From assembly GCA_049964795.1 (NCBI GenBank), contig JBMFWY010000001.1:12539-76538 (forward strand): a stretch of DNA of 64,000 bases. The letters run 5' to 3'. Numbering within the stretch: position 1 is the stretch's first letter; each line of letters opens with the position of its first letter. The translations under genes were made by a program, and so were the position numbers. The notes under the pieces are model-generated. The model ran no database searches, was not told the DNA's origin, and was given only the letters and a program-made list of their open reading frames with translations. This document shows positions 39,232-49,697 of the stretch, one piece after another. Origin of the DNA: Candidatus Micrarchaeia archaeon. GTDB taxonomy: Archaea > Micrarchaeota > Micrarchaeia > Micrarchaeales > Micrarchaeaceae.

Positions 39232-39418
39232 CCAACCACATTAATTTTGCTGCTTTTATCATATTTAAATCTTTTCTACAGGTTCTCCACTAATAGAAGT
39301 TTTGTTACAGTTTACATGATAGTGGATTTTGTTGTATCTTTATTGGCATGTTAACGTTTGCACGAAAATGCTTTAAATTTAGTTATTTAAATAACCTGTT
39401 CATTAGGGGGGTGGGAAA

Positions 39419-40819
39419 ATGGCGGACAAAACAGTTTTGAGCAAATGGCATTCTGGATTTGTAGAGCTCCAGTTTACTGATTTAAGCGGCAGGCTCCATG
39501 GAGTAATAATAACAGGCGAAGAATTGGATTCTGAAGAACAGTCCAAAAATGGATTTGGGAAACTCGATGGAAGCAGCGTAAGAGGATTTGCTGAAATAAA
39601 TGAAAGTGATATGGTGCTCTCTCCTGTAATAAAAACCATGCAGAGGATACCTTGGGAAAAAGATACGTTTAGGGTTTTATGCAACATATACAAGGGCAAG
39701 GGAGGAGGAAGATTTGAAAAGGATCCAAGGAATGTGGCAGAGGAAGCGGAAAGGTATCAATTGTCAATAGGGTACAAAAGCTTTTTTGGGCCAGAGATAG
39801 AATTTTTCATTTTTGAAGGGCTAAATATAGATGCATCAAACCCAAGTGCAGGTATGGGTTATCGCATAGAATCGAATGAAGCGCCATGGGTGCAAGGCGG
39901 AAGTATGATACAAAAGAAAGATGCGTACTATGCTGTAAGCCCTGCGGACAGGACAGGGACAGTAAGGAAGGAGATAATACGCATGCTTAGGGATGACTTT
40001 GGATTCAACATAGAAGCGACACATCATGAAGTTGCTACTTCAGGCCAAAGTGAAATCAATTTCAGGTATTCCGAATTGACTGATGCGGCAGATAATGTGC
40101 AAACCCTGAAATATGTCTCGAAAAATGTTGCTGCTGAAATGGGCAAAAAAGCAGTTTTTATGCCGAAGCCCATGTATGGAGATAACGGAAGCGGCATGCA
40201 CGTGAATTTAAGCCTTTGGGACGTAGAGGGCAAGAAAAACATAATTTATGATCCTAACGACGCTTATGCGGAGATAAGCGAAAAGGGCAGATATGCCATA
40301 GGAGGAATATTGGAGCATGCGCATGCACTTTCTGCAATAGTATCTCCTACTACAAACAGCTATCATAGGCTTATACCGGGATTTGAAGCTCCAGTATATC
40401 TTGCCTGGAGCAAATCAAACAGAAGTGCTGTAATACGCATACCTTCATACTATCAAAAGGACGAAAAATCTAAGAGGATAGAATATAGGGCGCCAGACCC
40501 TTCTGCAAACCCTTACTTGGCATTTCCTGCGATACTAATGGCCGCGCTAGATGGAATTAAGAAAAACATAGAGCCGGGCGACCCTGTAAACAGGAACATA
40601 TACCATATGGAACCTGCTGAGAGAAAGGCGCTTGGCATAAGATCGCTGCCAAAAAGCCTTGATGAGGCATTGGATGCGTTGGAGGCAGACAATGAATTTT
40701 TAAAACCTGTTTTTGCGAAAAGCCTCGTAGATTCTTACATAGAAGTGAAAAGAGCAGAATTGAGGGAGATTGCTTCATACCCAACAGCTGTAGAGATGCT
40801 TTATTATCACGACGTGTAG
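39419..40819 (+). CDS. glnA: Glutamine synthetase type I
   Basis: [43 protein letters not shown]. Confidence 0.97.
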   Translation: MADKTVLSKWHSGFVELQFTDLSGRLHGVIITGEELDSEEQSKNGFGKLDGSSVRGFAEINESDMVLSPVIKTMQRIPWEKDTFRVLCNIYKGKGGGRFEKDPRNVAEEAERYQLSIGYKSFFGPEIEFFIFEGLNIDASNPSAGMGYRIESNEAPWVQGGSMIQKKDAYYAVSPADRTGTVRKEIIRMLRDDFGFNIEATHHEVATSGQSEINFRYSELTDAADNVQTLKYVSKNVAAEMGKKAVFMPKPMYGDNGSGMHVNLSLWDVEGKKNIIYDPNDAYAEISEKGRYAIGGILEHAHALSAIVSPTTNSYHRLIPGFEAPVYLAWSKSNRSAVIRIPSYYQKDEKSKRIEYRAPDPSANPYLAFPAILMAALDGIKKNIEPGDPVNRNIYHMEPAERKALGIRSLPKSLDEALDALEADNEFLKPVFAKSLVDSYIEVKRAELREIASYPTAVEMLYYHDV

Positions 40820-40929
40820 AAACAGGCAAAAAACGTGCGTTAAGGAAGCGCAAAAAGTATTTAGCTATGAGTTATCCTATTTTATATATTCTTTTGAATT
40901 TTATTTTGAATTGATCTGCATTGATTGCT

Positions 40930-42717
40930 ATGGAAACTATTGAAACGGTAAGCTGCGGAGAGATAAATAAAAGCTATATAGGAAAAAAGGTCAGGCTTTA
41001 CGGATGGTGCAGGCTTATCAGAAACCACGGTTATAAGCTCTTTGTTGACTTGGTAGACAGATATGGCAGCACGCAGCTTCTCCTCGAAGGGGAAAGTGAT
41101 ATGCGCAGCAGCATAGGCAAAGAATATGCGATAGAAGTTATAGGCACTGTGGGAAAAAGGGATGAGGAGACAGTTGACAAGTCCAACCCTACAGGGGAAG
41201 TAGAGGTAAAAGCAGAGAGCATAAACGTGCTTGGAAAATCAAAGATTCCACCCTTTGAGCTGTTTACCGAGAAAAAAAGGTTTGTCGCAGAAGAAGAGCT
41301 AAGGCTAAAGTACAGGTTTCTAGATCTTAGAAGGAGAGAAATGCTCAATAATATGATCTTTCGCGACAAGGCAACAAAGATCATAAGGAAATACTTTTGG
41401 GATAACGACTTCATCGAAGCGGAGACCCCTATACTTATGAAGGATACGTATGAAACAGGATCAAGAACATTCCTTGTGCCATCAAGAGTCAAAAAAGGGA
41501 CATTTTTTGCTTTAGCGCAATCGCCACAGATATTCAAGCAGCTTGCGATGATAGGAGGCCTTGGCAGCTACTTCCAAATAGCACGCTGCTTTAGGGACGA
41601 GGATCCTAGGGAAGACAGGCAGCCTGAGTTTACGCAGGTCGACCTTGAAGTTTCATTCAAGGATGAGGCATATATACAATCGCTTATAGAAGGGCTTATG
41701 AAAAAGCTTTTCAAAGAAATGCTGGACGTTGATATACAAACGCCTTTCAGACATATAGGATACAGGGATGCAATGCGCAGGTACGGAAGCGATAAGCCCG
41801 ACTTGCGATTCGACATGGAGCTGGAGGATGTAACTGAAGTGCTTAAGGGAACGGGCTACAAGATACTTGACAGAGTTGTGTCTCACGGTGGCAAAGCGTA
41901 TTCTTTCAAAATTGAGGCGAAATTTGATGGTGAGAACGGCACGTTCAAGGAACAGGACGCGCTCAAGCTCATAGAGGAAGCCAAAAGGCTTGGGCTAGGC
42001 GGCCTTACCTGGCTTTATGTAAGAGGAGGCAAGATCCATTCTATACCAGAGAGCATTGCAGAAAGCTTAGGCACAAAGGCGGAAGAGCTCAAAAAAGCGG
42101 TAAATGCAAGCGATGGAGACATTATTGTAATAGGAGCGGACATGTCGGAGCAGCTCTTGCTAGAAGTGATGGGTAAGCTAAGAAGAATCGCAGGAACAAA
42201 ACTGGGCGCATTTAAAGAGGATTTTGCATTCGCGTGGATTGACACTTTCCCACTTTTCGAAAAGGACGAAGTCACTGGAAAGCTAAAGCCTTCGCACAAT
42301 CCGTTTACTTCTCCAACAAAAGATACTATCGCGCTGATGGATTCGGAGCCGGAAAAGGTTATAGGCAGGCAATATGATATAGTGTTGAATGGATATGAGA
42401 TAGGAGGAGGCTCCATCCGAATAAACAATCCTGAAGTCCAAAGGAAAGTGTTTAGGATAATAGGAATGAGCGATGAGAGTATAGAGAAGAGCTTCGGATT
42501 TATGATAGAAGCCTTGTCGTATGGGGCGCCAGTCCACGGTGGCATCGCGCTTGGGCTTGACCGACTTATAGCGCTTATGAACAAAGAGGAGAACATAAGG
42601 GAATTCATCCTCTTTCCTAAAAACAAGAAGCAGGAATTGCTTATAGACGGCTCGCCGACGCCTATATCGGAAAAAAGGCTAAAAACCGATTATGGGATTG
42701 TTTCTACTGGTGAATAG
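40930..42717 (+). CDS. aspS: Aspartate--tRNA ligase, bacterial type with GAD insert, probably non-discriminating
   Basis: About 595 aa; RLKYRFLDLRR, ALAQSPQIFKQL, RQPEFTQVD, YGSDKPDLRF, HNPFTSP, HGGIALGLDR. Confidence 0.95.
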   Translation: METIETVSCGEINKSYIGKKVRLYGWCRLIRNHGYKLFVDLVDRYGSTQLLLEGESDMRSSIGKEYAIEVIGTVGKRDEETVDKSNPTGEVEVKAESINVLGKSKIPPFELFTEKKRFVAEEELRLKYRFLDLRRREMLNNMIFRDKATKIIRKYFWDNDFIEAETPILMKDTYETGSRTFLVPSRVKKGTFFALAQSPQIFKQLAMIGGLGSYFQIARCFRDEDPREDRQPEFTQVDLEVSFKDEAYIQSLIEGLMKKLFKEMLDVDIQTPFRHIGYRDAMRRYGSDKPDLRFDMELEDVTEVLKGTGYKILDRVVSHGGKAYSFKIEAKFDGENGTFKEQDALKLIEEAKRLGLGGLTWLYVRGGKIHSIPESIAESLGTKAEELKKAVNASDGDIIVIGADMSEQLLLEVMGKLRRIAGTKLGAFKEDFAFAWIDTFPLFEKDEVTGKLKPSHNPFTSPTKDTIALMDSEPEKVIGRQYDIVLNGYEIGGGSIRINNPEVQRKVFRIIGMSDESIEKSFGFMIEALSYGAPVHGGIALGLDRLIALMNKEENIREFILFPKNKKQELLIDGSPTPISEKRLKTDYGIVSTGE

Positions 42718-42828
42718 ACACACAAAAGCAGGAGTAGGTGCAATTCCACAAAAGGGTATTTAGCGAAAGAGTTAAAAAACTAATTAGCGATAGTATTATC
42801 GCTAAGGCGACGTGCAAATGGTGAAACC

Positions 42829-43203
42829 ATGGGAATTTTTGATAAACTAGGAAAGACCCTCGGAGTGTCCAAGGAACTTGACATAGAGCAGTACATGAAT
42901 TCTGCTGAAATGGAAAATGTAGACATAATGAATGAGCCTGCTGATTTTTATATAAAGCCTGTAGCGCTAAAGGAAGAAAATGATGTAAGCTTGATAGAAG
43001 ACGAGCTGCAGAAGAAGAATATAATTTTGCTCAACATCTCGGAGATGGCAAAAAGGCCGAACACACTTACAAAAATAGTAGACACCTTGAAGGATTATGT
43101 GAGCAAGACAAACGGAGATATAGCGAAGATAGACGAAGAAAAAATACTTATAACTCCGACAAAGGTAAAAATCATAAAGACCAAGAAGGCAGCCGAGAAG
43201 TAG
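42829..43203 (+). CDS. sepF: Cell division protein SepF
   Basis: N-terminal amphipathic MGIFDKLGK, NIILLNI, GDIAKI...ILITP..VKI. Confidence 0.88.
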   Translation: MGIFDKLGKTLGVSKELDIEQYMNSAEMENVDIMNEPADFYIKPVALKEENDVSLIEDELQKKNIILLNISEMAKRPNTLTKIVDTLKDYVSKTNGDIAKIDEEKILITPTKVKIIKTKKAAEK

Positions 43204-43265
43204 GCTTTAATTTTCTCTTCTTCTTGCCTTTTTTCTTATTGTTTCTTTTGTTGAATCTTTTTTCT

Positions 43266-43985
43266 TCATCGCTTTTTTTCGTTTTTTGGGGAGATGGCAA
43301 CGGCTATAGAGTTGAGTTCTTTCTTGGTAGGGTTTGATTTTTGAATTACCCTATTGAAAGATTCAGCTACTTCATCTTTGTTCTTTACCTTTTGATTTTT
43401 CATCACAAAAAGCTTGAATAAGCGCGATATTGCATCCTTATCCTTTTGCTCGGCATAGGCAGAGCCTAGGTCGCTGTAATCATCTATGAATTTGTCGGCT
43501 GAAAAAGCATACAACATTATAGCGAGAGCATGGGAAATATTTAGCACAGGGTAAGCAGGATCCGCAGGTATAAAGGAAACAATATTGCATTGCTCTATTT
43601 CTTCTTTTCTAAGGCCAGTGTCATCTCTGCCAAGTACTAGGGATAGCGTTTTTAAATTTGATTTTGACACAATCCTCAAGGCGTCTTCAAGAGTATAAAC
43701 GCTACCCGTTGCGGCTGAACCCTTGCGCCATATGCCTGTTGTGCCGATAGAAAAAGAGCCTTTTATTGCTTCTCCAAAATTATTAAGCGTTGACGCCGTT
43801 TCGAGAAGGTGCCTTCCAGCTTTTGAATATTTTACCGCAGTCTTGCCAAGGATATTGCAGCGAGGAGACACAAATTTGAGCTTTTTTATGCCGAAATTGG
43901 CGGAAATCCTTGCAATATAGCCGACGTTCTGCTGATATTTTGGCGACACTACTACTACAGTTATATTAGGTCTTTGCCTTTTCAT
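43266..43985 (-). CDS. SPOUT RNA methyltransferase TrmJ/LasT family
   Basis: PKYQQNVG.IAR...NFG, LVLGRDDTGL, YPVLNISHA. Confidence 0.9.
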   Translation of the reverse strand: MKRQRPNITVVVVSPKYQQNVGYIARISANFGIKKLKFVSPRCNILGKTAVKYSKAGRHLLETASTLNNFGEAIKGSFSIGTTGIWRKGSAATGSVYTLEDALRIVSKSNLKTLSLVLGRDDTGLRKEEIEQCNIVSFIPADPAYPVLNISHALAIMLYAFSADKFIDDYSDLGSAYAEQKDKDAISRLFKLFVMKNQKVKNKDEVAESFNRVIQKSNPTKKELNSIAVAISPKNEKKR

Positions 43986-44032
43986 GTTCACACCGCATGC
44001 ATTACGTAGTAGTCACATAGCATATTGCATAA

Positions 44033-44872
44033 CTATAAGAAAAGTACAAGTATGGTAAGCAGGTTTACCAAAGCGTGGCCGAGTATTGTGGCATAGAGCG
44101 AGTCGGTCTTTTTGAAAACGTAACCTGCAAGAAGACCAAATATGAATGCAGCCGCAAACTCAGATATGGAAAGATAACTTATATGGAATAGCGAGAAGAT
44201 CAGGGCGCTCCATATTATCCCTATTCTCGGCACCAGGAATCCCCTGAAAAGTATTTCTTCATCTATAGGCGCTACAAGGACCGAGAAGGCAATAAGATAG
44301 AAAGGCATGCCCTGAAGCAGCTGCTGCACGTTTGTTGGGAGAGGTATGTGTGTAATTGTCTGAAAGGCAGAAAGAGCGAATTCGAGCAAGAGTATCGCAA
44401 AGAATAGGAGCAAACCTGCCCCCAAAGCGCGCGTGGTTAAAGCCTGCCTGTCTAATTTAAGGCTTTTCACCGCTTCCGAAAGGCTCGCTCCTTTGTAGAA
44501 CAGGTAGGAAAATGCAAGCGAAGGAAAAAGCAGGGACAGTGCTATTGTAGAATCGGCCTCGAAATAAACTGTTGAGAGCAGACCATGAGCAAACATCCAT
44601 CCCAAAATAGGAAACATCAGGATAAGCAGAGATGTTGCAGTATAGAAGAACGCCTTTGGAAATATATTGCGATTTTCACGTACGGCTTTATTTTTTCTGG
44701 ATTTGGATGGATATTTTCTTAAAGCAGGGCGCTTTGCACGGAACGAAGGCTGCGACTTTGCTGTTTTTTTCTGATCGCTTGAGCGTGCTTTCGACTTTGA
44801 AGGCAATTCAGGCACCAGATTTCTTCTTGAATTCAGTATAGCCGCATCTTCCGCATGCGTATCTGTCTGCAT
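44033..44872 (-). CDS. CPBP (CAAX/Abi) intramembrane protease with basic N-terminal extension
   Basis: [17 protein letters not shown]; start uncertain. Confidence 0.88.
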   Translation of the reverse strand: MQTDTHAEDAAILNSRRNLVPELPSKSKARSSDQKKTAKSQPSFRAKRPALRKYPSKSRKNKAVRENRNIFPKAFFYTATSLLILMFPILGWMFAHGLLSTVYFEADSTIALSLLFPSLAFSYLFYKGASLSEAVKSLKLDRQALTTRALGAGLLLFFAILLLEFALSAFQTITHIPLPTNVQQLLQGMPFYLIAFSVLVAPIDEEILFRGFLVPRIGIIWSALIFSLFHISYLSISEFAAAFIFGLLAGYVFKKTDSLYATILGHALVNLLTILVLFL

Positions 44873-45012
44873 GTTCGCCCATTCTTGCACCGCATTTCGG
44901 GCACATTTTTCCGGGTTTGTAAGTCTTAAAACTTTTCTTTTTGCCAGAATTCTTTTTGTCATCTGCCATAAAAACACTCATAAGGTTGCAATACTTTAAG
45001 CATTAATTGAAA

Positions 45013-45345
45013 TCACTGCTTCTTCTCTTTGTTGCCGCTTGCATCTCCCGCACCTTTTGGTGCTTCGGAGAGCAGCCCTTGTCTCTTGAGGATATATTTG
45101 GGCTCCATGCTTTCCATTGAAGCCTTGTCTTTATAGGCATAAAATATACCTGTACTTCTGCGCTCGCCGAACAGCTGCTCCACTTTCTCTACAATTGAAG
45201 TTTCGGGTTTTTCATTAAGGCGCTTGCACAGCTCCTCCTTCAACGCGGCCTTGGACATCGTAGCAGAATCGTGCAGAACTTTAAATTTCACTTCGCGCCT
45301 TTTTGTCAAAGGATTCTTCACATCGGATAATATTTCTAGTTCCAT
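45013..45345 (-). CDS. rps24e: 30S ribosomal protein S24e
   Basis: NPLTKRREV, FG, EPKYILKR. Confidence 0.93.
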   Translation of the reverse strand: MELEILSDVKNPLTKRREVKFKVLHDSATMSKAALKEELCKRLNEKPETSIVEKVEQLFGERRSTGIFYAYKDKASMESMEPKYILKRQGLLSEAPKGAGDASGNKEKKQ

Positions 45346-45449
45346 TTTACCATGCCTTTTATTGATTGAACGCGCTTTATTTTATTATGCTTCATTTTTA
45401 AATACTGATAGGTGTATAGGTGCAAGTATATTCTGACCCTGCATAGCAG

Positions 45450-45854
45450 CTACTGCTCGTTTATTACGCGCATTATTGCTTTCTTGCCCATAGTCTCCAT
45501 TACTTCCACAGTTGCTCCTGCAGAAACCGCATTTTTCAGGTCTTCGGGTACTGGAAGCTCAAAAACTTCGTAGCTTTCCGCATCCATGAGCTGTGCTGAA
45601 TCTCCTGTCACAGAGACGACTTGCGCACGTTTCTTTGTTATGATAGGTATATCGACGTAGGCATCGGAAGGCTTCAGAATTGTCCTCTTCTTACCATCAA
45701 ACACGCCTATGCCCGTAATCCTCATCTTTGCTGAACCATGCTTGCCGGGGGAGCTTACATCTATTTCGACGGCCCTGCACGGCTCGCCATCTATAAGCAA
45801 AAACCTGCCAGGCTTTATGTCCTTCATTATTACATGCTCTATTTCATCGCTCAT
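45450..45854 (-). CDS. eif5a: Translation factor aIF5A
   Basis: Hypusine-site motif SSPGKHGSAK. Confidence 0.96.
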   Translation of the reverse strand: MSDEIEHVIMKDIKPGRFLLIDGEPCRAVEIDVSSPGKHGSAKMRITGIGVFDGKKRTILKPSDAYVDIPIITKKRAQVVSVTGDSAQLMDAESYEVFELPVPEDLKNAVSAGATVEVMETMGKKAIMRVINEQ

Positions 45855-45940
45855 AAAATCCTCTGTATAAAATTCAATAGATAGAAGTTTGTAGCAAAAA
45901 TATATATTTATATAATACAGGAAGTGCATGCCTGCCGCAA

Positions 45941-46537
45941 CTACTTATGTGCTGCCGGCTTTGAAAATACAAGGCAGTAATGCTGCATTTCAAAGTCAAA
46001 CGATTTTTCAAGCGACAGGTTGTTGAAATATTTTATATAGTTATCTTCGGAAAGCTTAAGATATTGAGGCGGCCCGAAGGTAGAGTCTCTCTTCCAATCA
46101 ATTACTATAAGTTTTCCGCCTTCCACAAGTATCCTTTCTACTTCCTTTGCTGCGGCTTCTTTGTCGGCCATGTCGTGGAAGGAATTCGCCATAAAAACTA
46201 TATCTACTGAATTGCTGGGTAGATTTGTGTCCTCTCCGGAAACGTTTAAACAAACGAGCCTTTCGCTTTTTATGGACTCGCTTGCTGCAACGAGGGAGTC
46301 ATTATTTATATCTATGCAGTATACCCTACTTGCGTAGTTAAGCAGGTACTTTGAGTAAAATCCCGTACCGCAGCCTATATCTGCTATTGATTCGACGCGG
46401 TGGGGTATTAGCGAGGATAGCAATTTGCTTGGATCTTCTCTACCTTCAGCCCCATGCGTTCTAAAGCCCATGCTGTGAGGGTGTTGCATGTAATTACCAA
46501 ATCCTTCTCCTTTGCTTATATTGAAATTTTCTGACAT
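45941..46537 (-). CDS. Class I SAM-dependent methyltransferase
   Basis: ADIGCGTG, ANSFHD, RIL..GG...IDW, GPP. Confidence 0.88.
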   Translation of the reverse strand: MSENFNISKGEGFGNYMQHPHSMGFRTHGAEGREDPSKLLSSLIPHRVESIADIGCGTGFYSKYLLNYASRVYCIDINNDSLVAASESIKSERLVCLNVSGEDTNLPSNSVDIVFMANSFHDMADKEAAAKEVERILVEGGKLIVIDWKRDSTFGPPQYLKLSEDNYIKYFNNLSLEKSFDFEMQHYCLVFSKPAAHK

Positions 46538-46657
46538 AAACCCACATTGATGCTTTAGTTTTGATTGGTGCGACCTAGAGCCTTCAAATTAAAGCGCAAA
46601 CCAGAAGCCAAAGAAGTCTTAATCGATAAAAAGAAAAAGAGTATAAAAAATTAAAAT

Positions 46658-47668
46658 TCAAACGCTTTCTATGCCTTTCAGGAAGTCCAGATTTGCGCTG
46701 GAAGTGGCTGGAGCATATTTTGCGGTGCCAAATCTTGGCGTTACTCCTGTGACTATAGACATTACGCGTATCTCATCCCTCATCTCTGGTACGAGCCTTG
46801 CGCCGAAAATTACGTTTGCTTTTTCGTCAAGCCCTTCCGTAACTCCGGAACCGACTTTCGTGGCCTCGTCTATAGAAAGGGAAAGCCCTCCTGCTACATG
46901 CACCATTGCTCCTTTTGCTCCTTCATAGTCTACGTCCAGCATTGGATGAGTTATTGTAGATTTTATAGCCTTCTCGACCTTTTCATTTCCTGATCCGTAG
47001 CCCAGGTTTATTACTGCCGTGCCTGCATCGCGCAAAGTTGATCTTACATCGGCGAAATCAAGGTTTATCAAGCTTGGCAACATTATTGTGTCTGAAATCC
47101 CCTTGACTGCACTCATTGCAACATTGTCTATTAGGTCAAAGGCTTTCTCTATTTGAAGATTAGGCGCATAGCTCAGAATTCTGTCGTTCTCCAAGACTAT
47201 TGTGGTATCTGCATTCTTGTAAAGCTGCTGAAGCCCCCAGTCCGCTTTCTGCTTCCTTATCCTCTCAAGAGAAAAAGGATAAGTGACAAATGCCACGACT
47301 AGCGAGCCCTGCTCCCTTGCAATCTGCGCTATTACTGGTGCTGAGCCTGTTCCAGTTCCTCCGCCCATTCCTGCGCAGAGGAAGATCATGTCATAGCCGC
47401 TTATCGCTTCTATTATCTCGTTTCTGCTAGCATCGGCAGCCTTTGCTGCAACCTCTGGAAATCCTCCTGCGCCAAGGCCTTTTGTGATTTCCTTGCCTAT
47501 AAGGATCTTCTTGTCCGCGTTTATCATATTCAGATGCTTTGCGTCGGTGTTGACTGCTATGGTGGTGGCGCTCTTTATGCCACGGTTATACAGCTTGTTG
47601 ACCAAGTTGCTTCCTTGGCCGCCTGCTCCTACAACCGCAATCTTCGCAACAAACTCTTCTTCTGCCAT
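46658..47668 (-). CDS. ftsZ: Cell division protein FtsZ (copy B)
   Basis: GLGAGG, GMGGGTGTG, INLDFADV; alternative start 47680. Confidence 0.95.
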   Translation of the reverse strand: MAEEEFVAKIAVVGAGGQGSNLVNKLYNRGIKSATTIAVNTDAKHLNMINADKKILIGKEITKGLGAGGFPEVAAKAADASRNEIIEAISGYDMIFLCAGMGGGTGTGSAPVIAQIAREQGSLVVAFVTYPFSLERIRKQKADWGLQQLYKNADTTIVLENDRILSYAPNLQIEKAFDLIDNVAMSAVKGISDTIMLPSLINLDFADVRSTLRDAGTAVINLGYGSGNEKVEKAIKSTITHPMLDVDYEGAKGAMVHVAGGLSLSIDEATKVGSGVTEGLDEKANVIFGARLVPEMRDEIRVMSIVTGVTPRFGTAKYAPATSSANLDFLKGIESV

Positions 47669-47679
47669 TGCTCCCACCA

Positions 47680-48726
47680 TCAGATCATTTCAAGGTCGCC
47701 GTATGCCTGCTGCTTCTGCTTTGCTTCCATCCTTCCTACTATACTTGAGCCCTTGACCCCAGTAACTATTGCCACTATCTCAAGCTGGTCTTCGTATCCT
47801 GGAATTATCCTGGCGCCCCACTTTATATTTGCCTTTGGATCCATCCTTTCCGTTATTATGTCTCCCGCCTTTATTGCATCCCCTATTGTAAGCGAAGAGC
47901 CGCCTGATATGTGTATCAATGCTCCAGAAGCACCTTCATAATCTACGTCCAGCAGCTTGTTCTTCAGCACTGCATCTGCTGCAATGTTGACCTTGTCATT
48001 GCCCTTTCCAATTCCAACAGATATGAAACCCACATCGCCATTTGCCATTATTGACCTCACATCTGCAAAGTCTATGTTTATAAGGCTTGGCTGTGTTATT
48101 GTCCATACAAGACCGCCTATTGCCTTTGCAAGCACTTCATCTGCAAGCGCAAAAGCATCGTTCATTGGGAGATTTGGAACCAGCTTGACAAGCCTGTTGT
48201 TGTCAAGTATTATTACGCTGTTGCTGAACTTTCTAAGATTTTGTATTCCTTCTTCTGCCTTTACTTTTCTCACGCGCTCAAGGTCAAACGGATAAGTAAC
48301 CATAGAGATTACAATTGCTCCCTGCTCCCTTGCAATCTGCGCTGCTATTGGAGCCGAGCCTGTTCCAGTTCCTCCGCCCATTCCTGCGCAAAGAAAAACA
48401 AGTTGAGCTCCAGAAAAAACATCTTCAAGTGCCTGCCTGTCCACTTCCGCAGCTTTTTCTCCTATCTTTGGATCTCCCCCTGCGCCAAGACCCTTGGTTA
48501 TGGTTTTTCCGATAAGCACTTTCTTTATTCTATCATCTATTATCTTGAAGTGTTGTGCGTCTGTATTTACAGCAACAAAATCAGTACCTTTTACACCTGC
48601 TTTCACAAGTCTGTTCACTATGTTGCATCCAGCACCTCCAAACCCTACCGTTACAATTTTTATTTCAGAAGAGCTAAACGGCTCCTCGCTTTTCTGCCCT
48701 AAGACGTCGCTGACAAGGTCGCTCAT
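47680..48726 (-). CDS. ftsZ: Cell division protein FtsZ (copy A)
   Basis: GFGGAGCN, GLGAGG, GMGGGTGTG, INIDFADV. Confidence 0.96.
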   Translation of the reverse strand: MSDLVSDVLGQKSEEPFSSSEIKIVTVGFGGAGCNIVNRLVKAGVKGTDFVAVNTDAQHFKIIDDRIKKVLIGKTITKGLGAGGDPKIGEKAAEVDRQALEDVFSGAQLVFLCAGMGGGTGTGSAPIAAQIAREQGAIVISMVTYPFDLERVRKVKAEEGIQNLRKFSNSVIILDNNRLVKLVPNLPMNDAFALADEVLAKAIGGLVWTITQPSLINIDFADVRSIMANGDVGFISVGIGKGNDKVNIAADAVLKNKLLDVDYEGASGALIHISGGSSLTIGDAIKAGDIITERMDPKANIKWGARIIPGYEDQLEIVAIVTGVKGSSIVGRMEAKQKQQAYGDLEMI

Positions 48727-48950
48727 CTAATCGCCTAGAAATGAATACTCTAAGAAACTTTAAAAAGCTTATGCTGGTAGGCACATATATGGCAGTTTGA
48801 CAAAAGCTGCCCGAATTGCATTACAAAAAAAGAACTTTAATTTACATAGATATATTTATGTTTATTGAAGTAAATGCTTTTCCAATCGAATCGCGAAAGA
48901 AATGCCAGAAAAAACAGATAATATTATGAAAAGAGAGCTTTCTCCAATAA

Positions 48951-49586
48951 CTATTTCTGCAAGGAGAAGCTGCCGAGCTTTTTGCCCATGCTGCTAAGTA
49001 CTACATACTCAGAATAATTCGCGTCTGATGCCGTATAATTTACAAGCCACACATTGCTCAGGTTCATGTCAAGAGGAGTTGATGCTGGAGAAAGCTTGTT
49101 GAAGTATTGTGCAGTAGCATGCGTTTCATTATATCCAAAAAGGCTTGTGTATGACGCTGCTTCTGCGGATGCGTTGGTTGCAATCGCTATCGCAACAGGG
49201 GGAAGGCTTATCAAGTAAGAGGAAACGTTAGAAAAACCATGCACTATGCAGGGTATGGAGCCGCTTGTATAAGAGTCAAGCACGCTGGACATGGTTAGCG
49301 CGGGGTAATCAAACTCCCTTACCATTACTGTAGGGCATGCTCTGGTGCCGTTGTACGTTATGCTTACTACTATGTTCCAGCTCCCGCTTTCAAGCGAAGA
49401 AGGAGTTGCACTTACAATATTTATTGTAGCGTTGGAATTGCTTTGCATCAGGTCGGAGATTACGAAAGATTCGGCCTGCTGCTCTGTAACCCCTGAAGGA
49501 CCATGCTTCACCACTATTAAGAACAGTGCTATTGCAATTATTATTACCAAAATTGCAGCAAGCAATGTCTTTGCGAACAGGTTCAT
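48951..49586 (-). CDS. Hypothetical exported protein with N-terminal TM
   Basis: N-terminal hydrophobic helix; Ser/Asn-rich; CP..C. Confidence 0.7.
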   Translation of the reverse strand: MNLFAKTLLAAILVIIIAIALFLIVVKHGPSGVTEQQAESFVISDLMQSNSNATINIVSATPSSLESGSWNIVVSITYNGTRACPTVMVREFDYPALTMSSVLDSYTSGSIPCIVHGFSNVSSYLISLPPVAIAIATNASAEAASYTSLFGYNETHATAQYFNKLSPASTPLDMNLSNVWLVNYTASDANYSEYVVLSSMGKKLGSFSLQK

Positions 49587-49697
49587 GATTTAACCTTGTC
49601 GGATTAGTAATTTATATATATCGCATGGTATTATGCTAGTGAAAAATTAAGAATCACAAACCCAATGAGGCATAAGGTGCTTGCAGAGAAGCAACCT

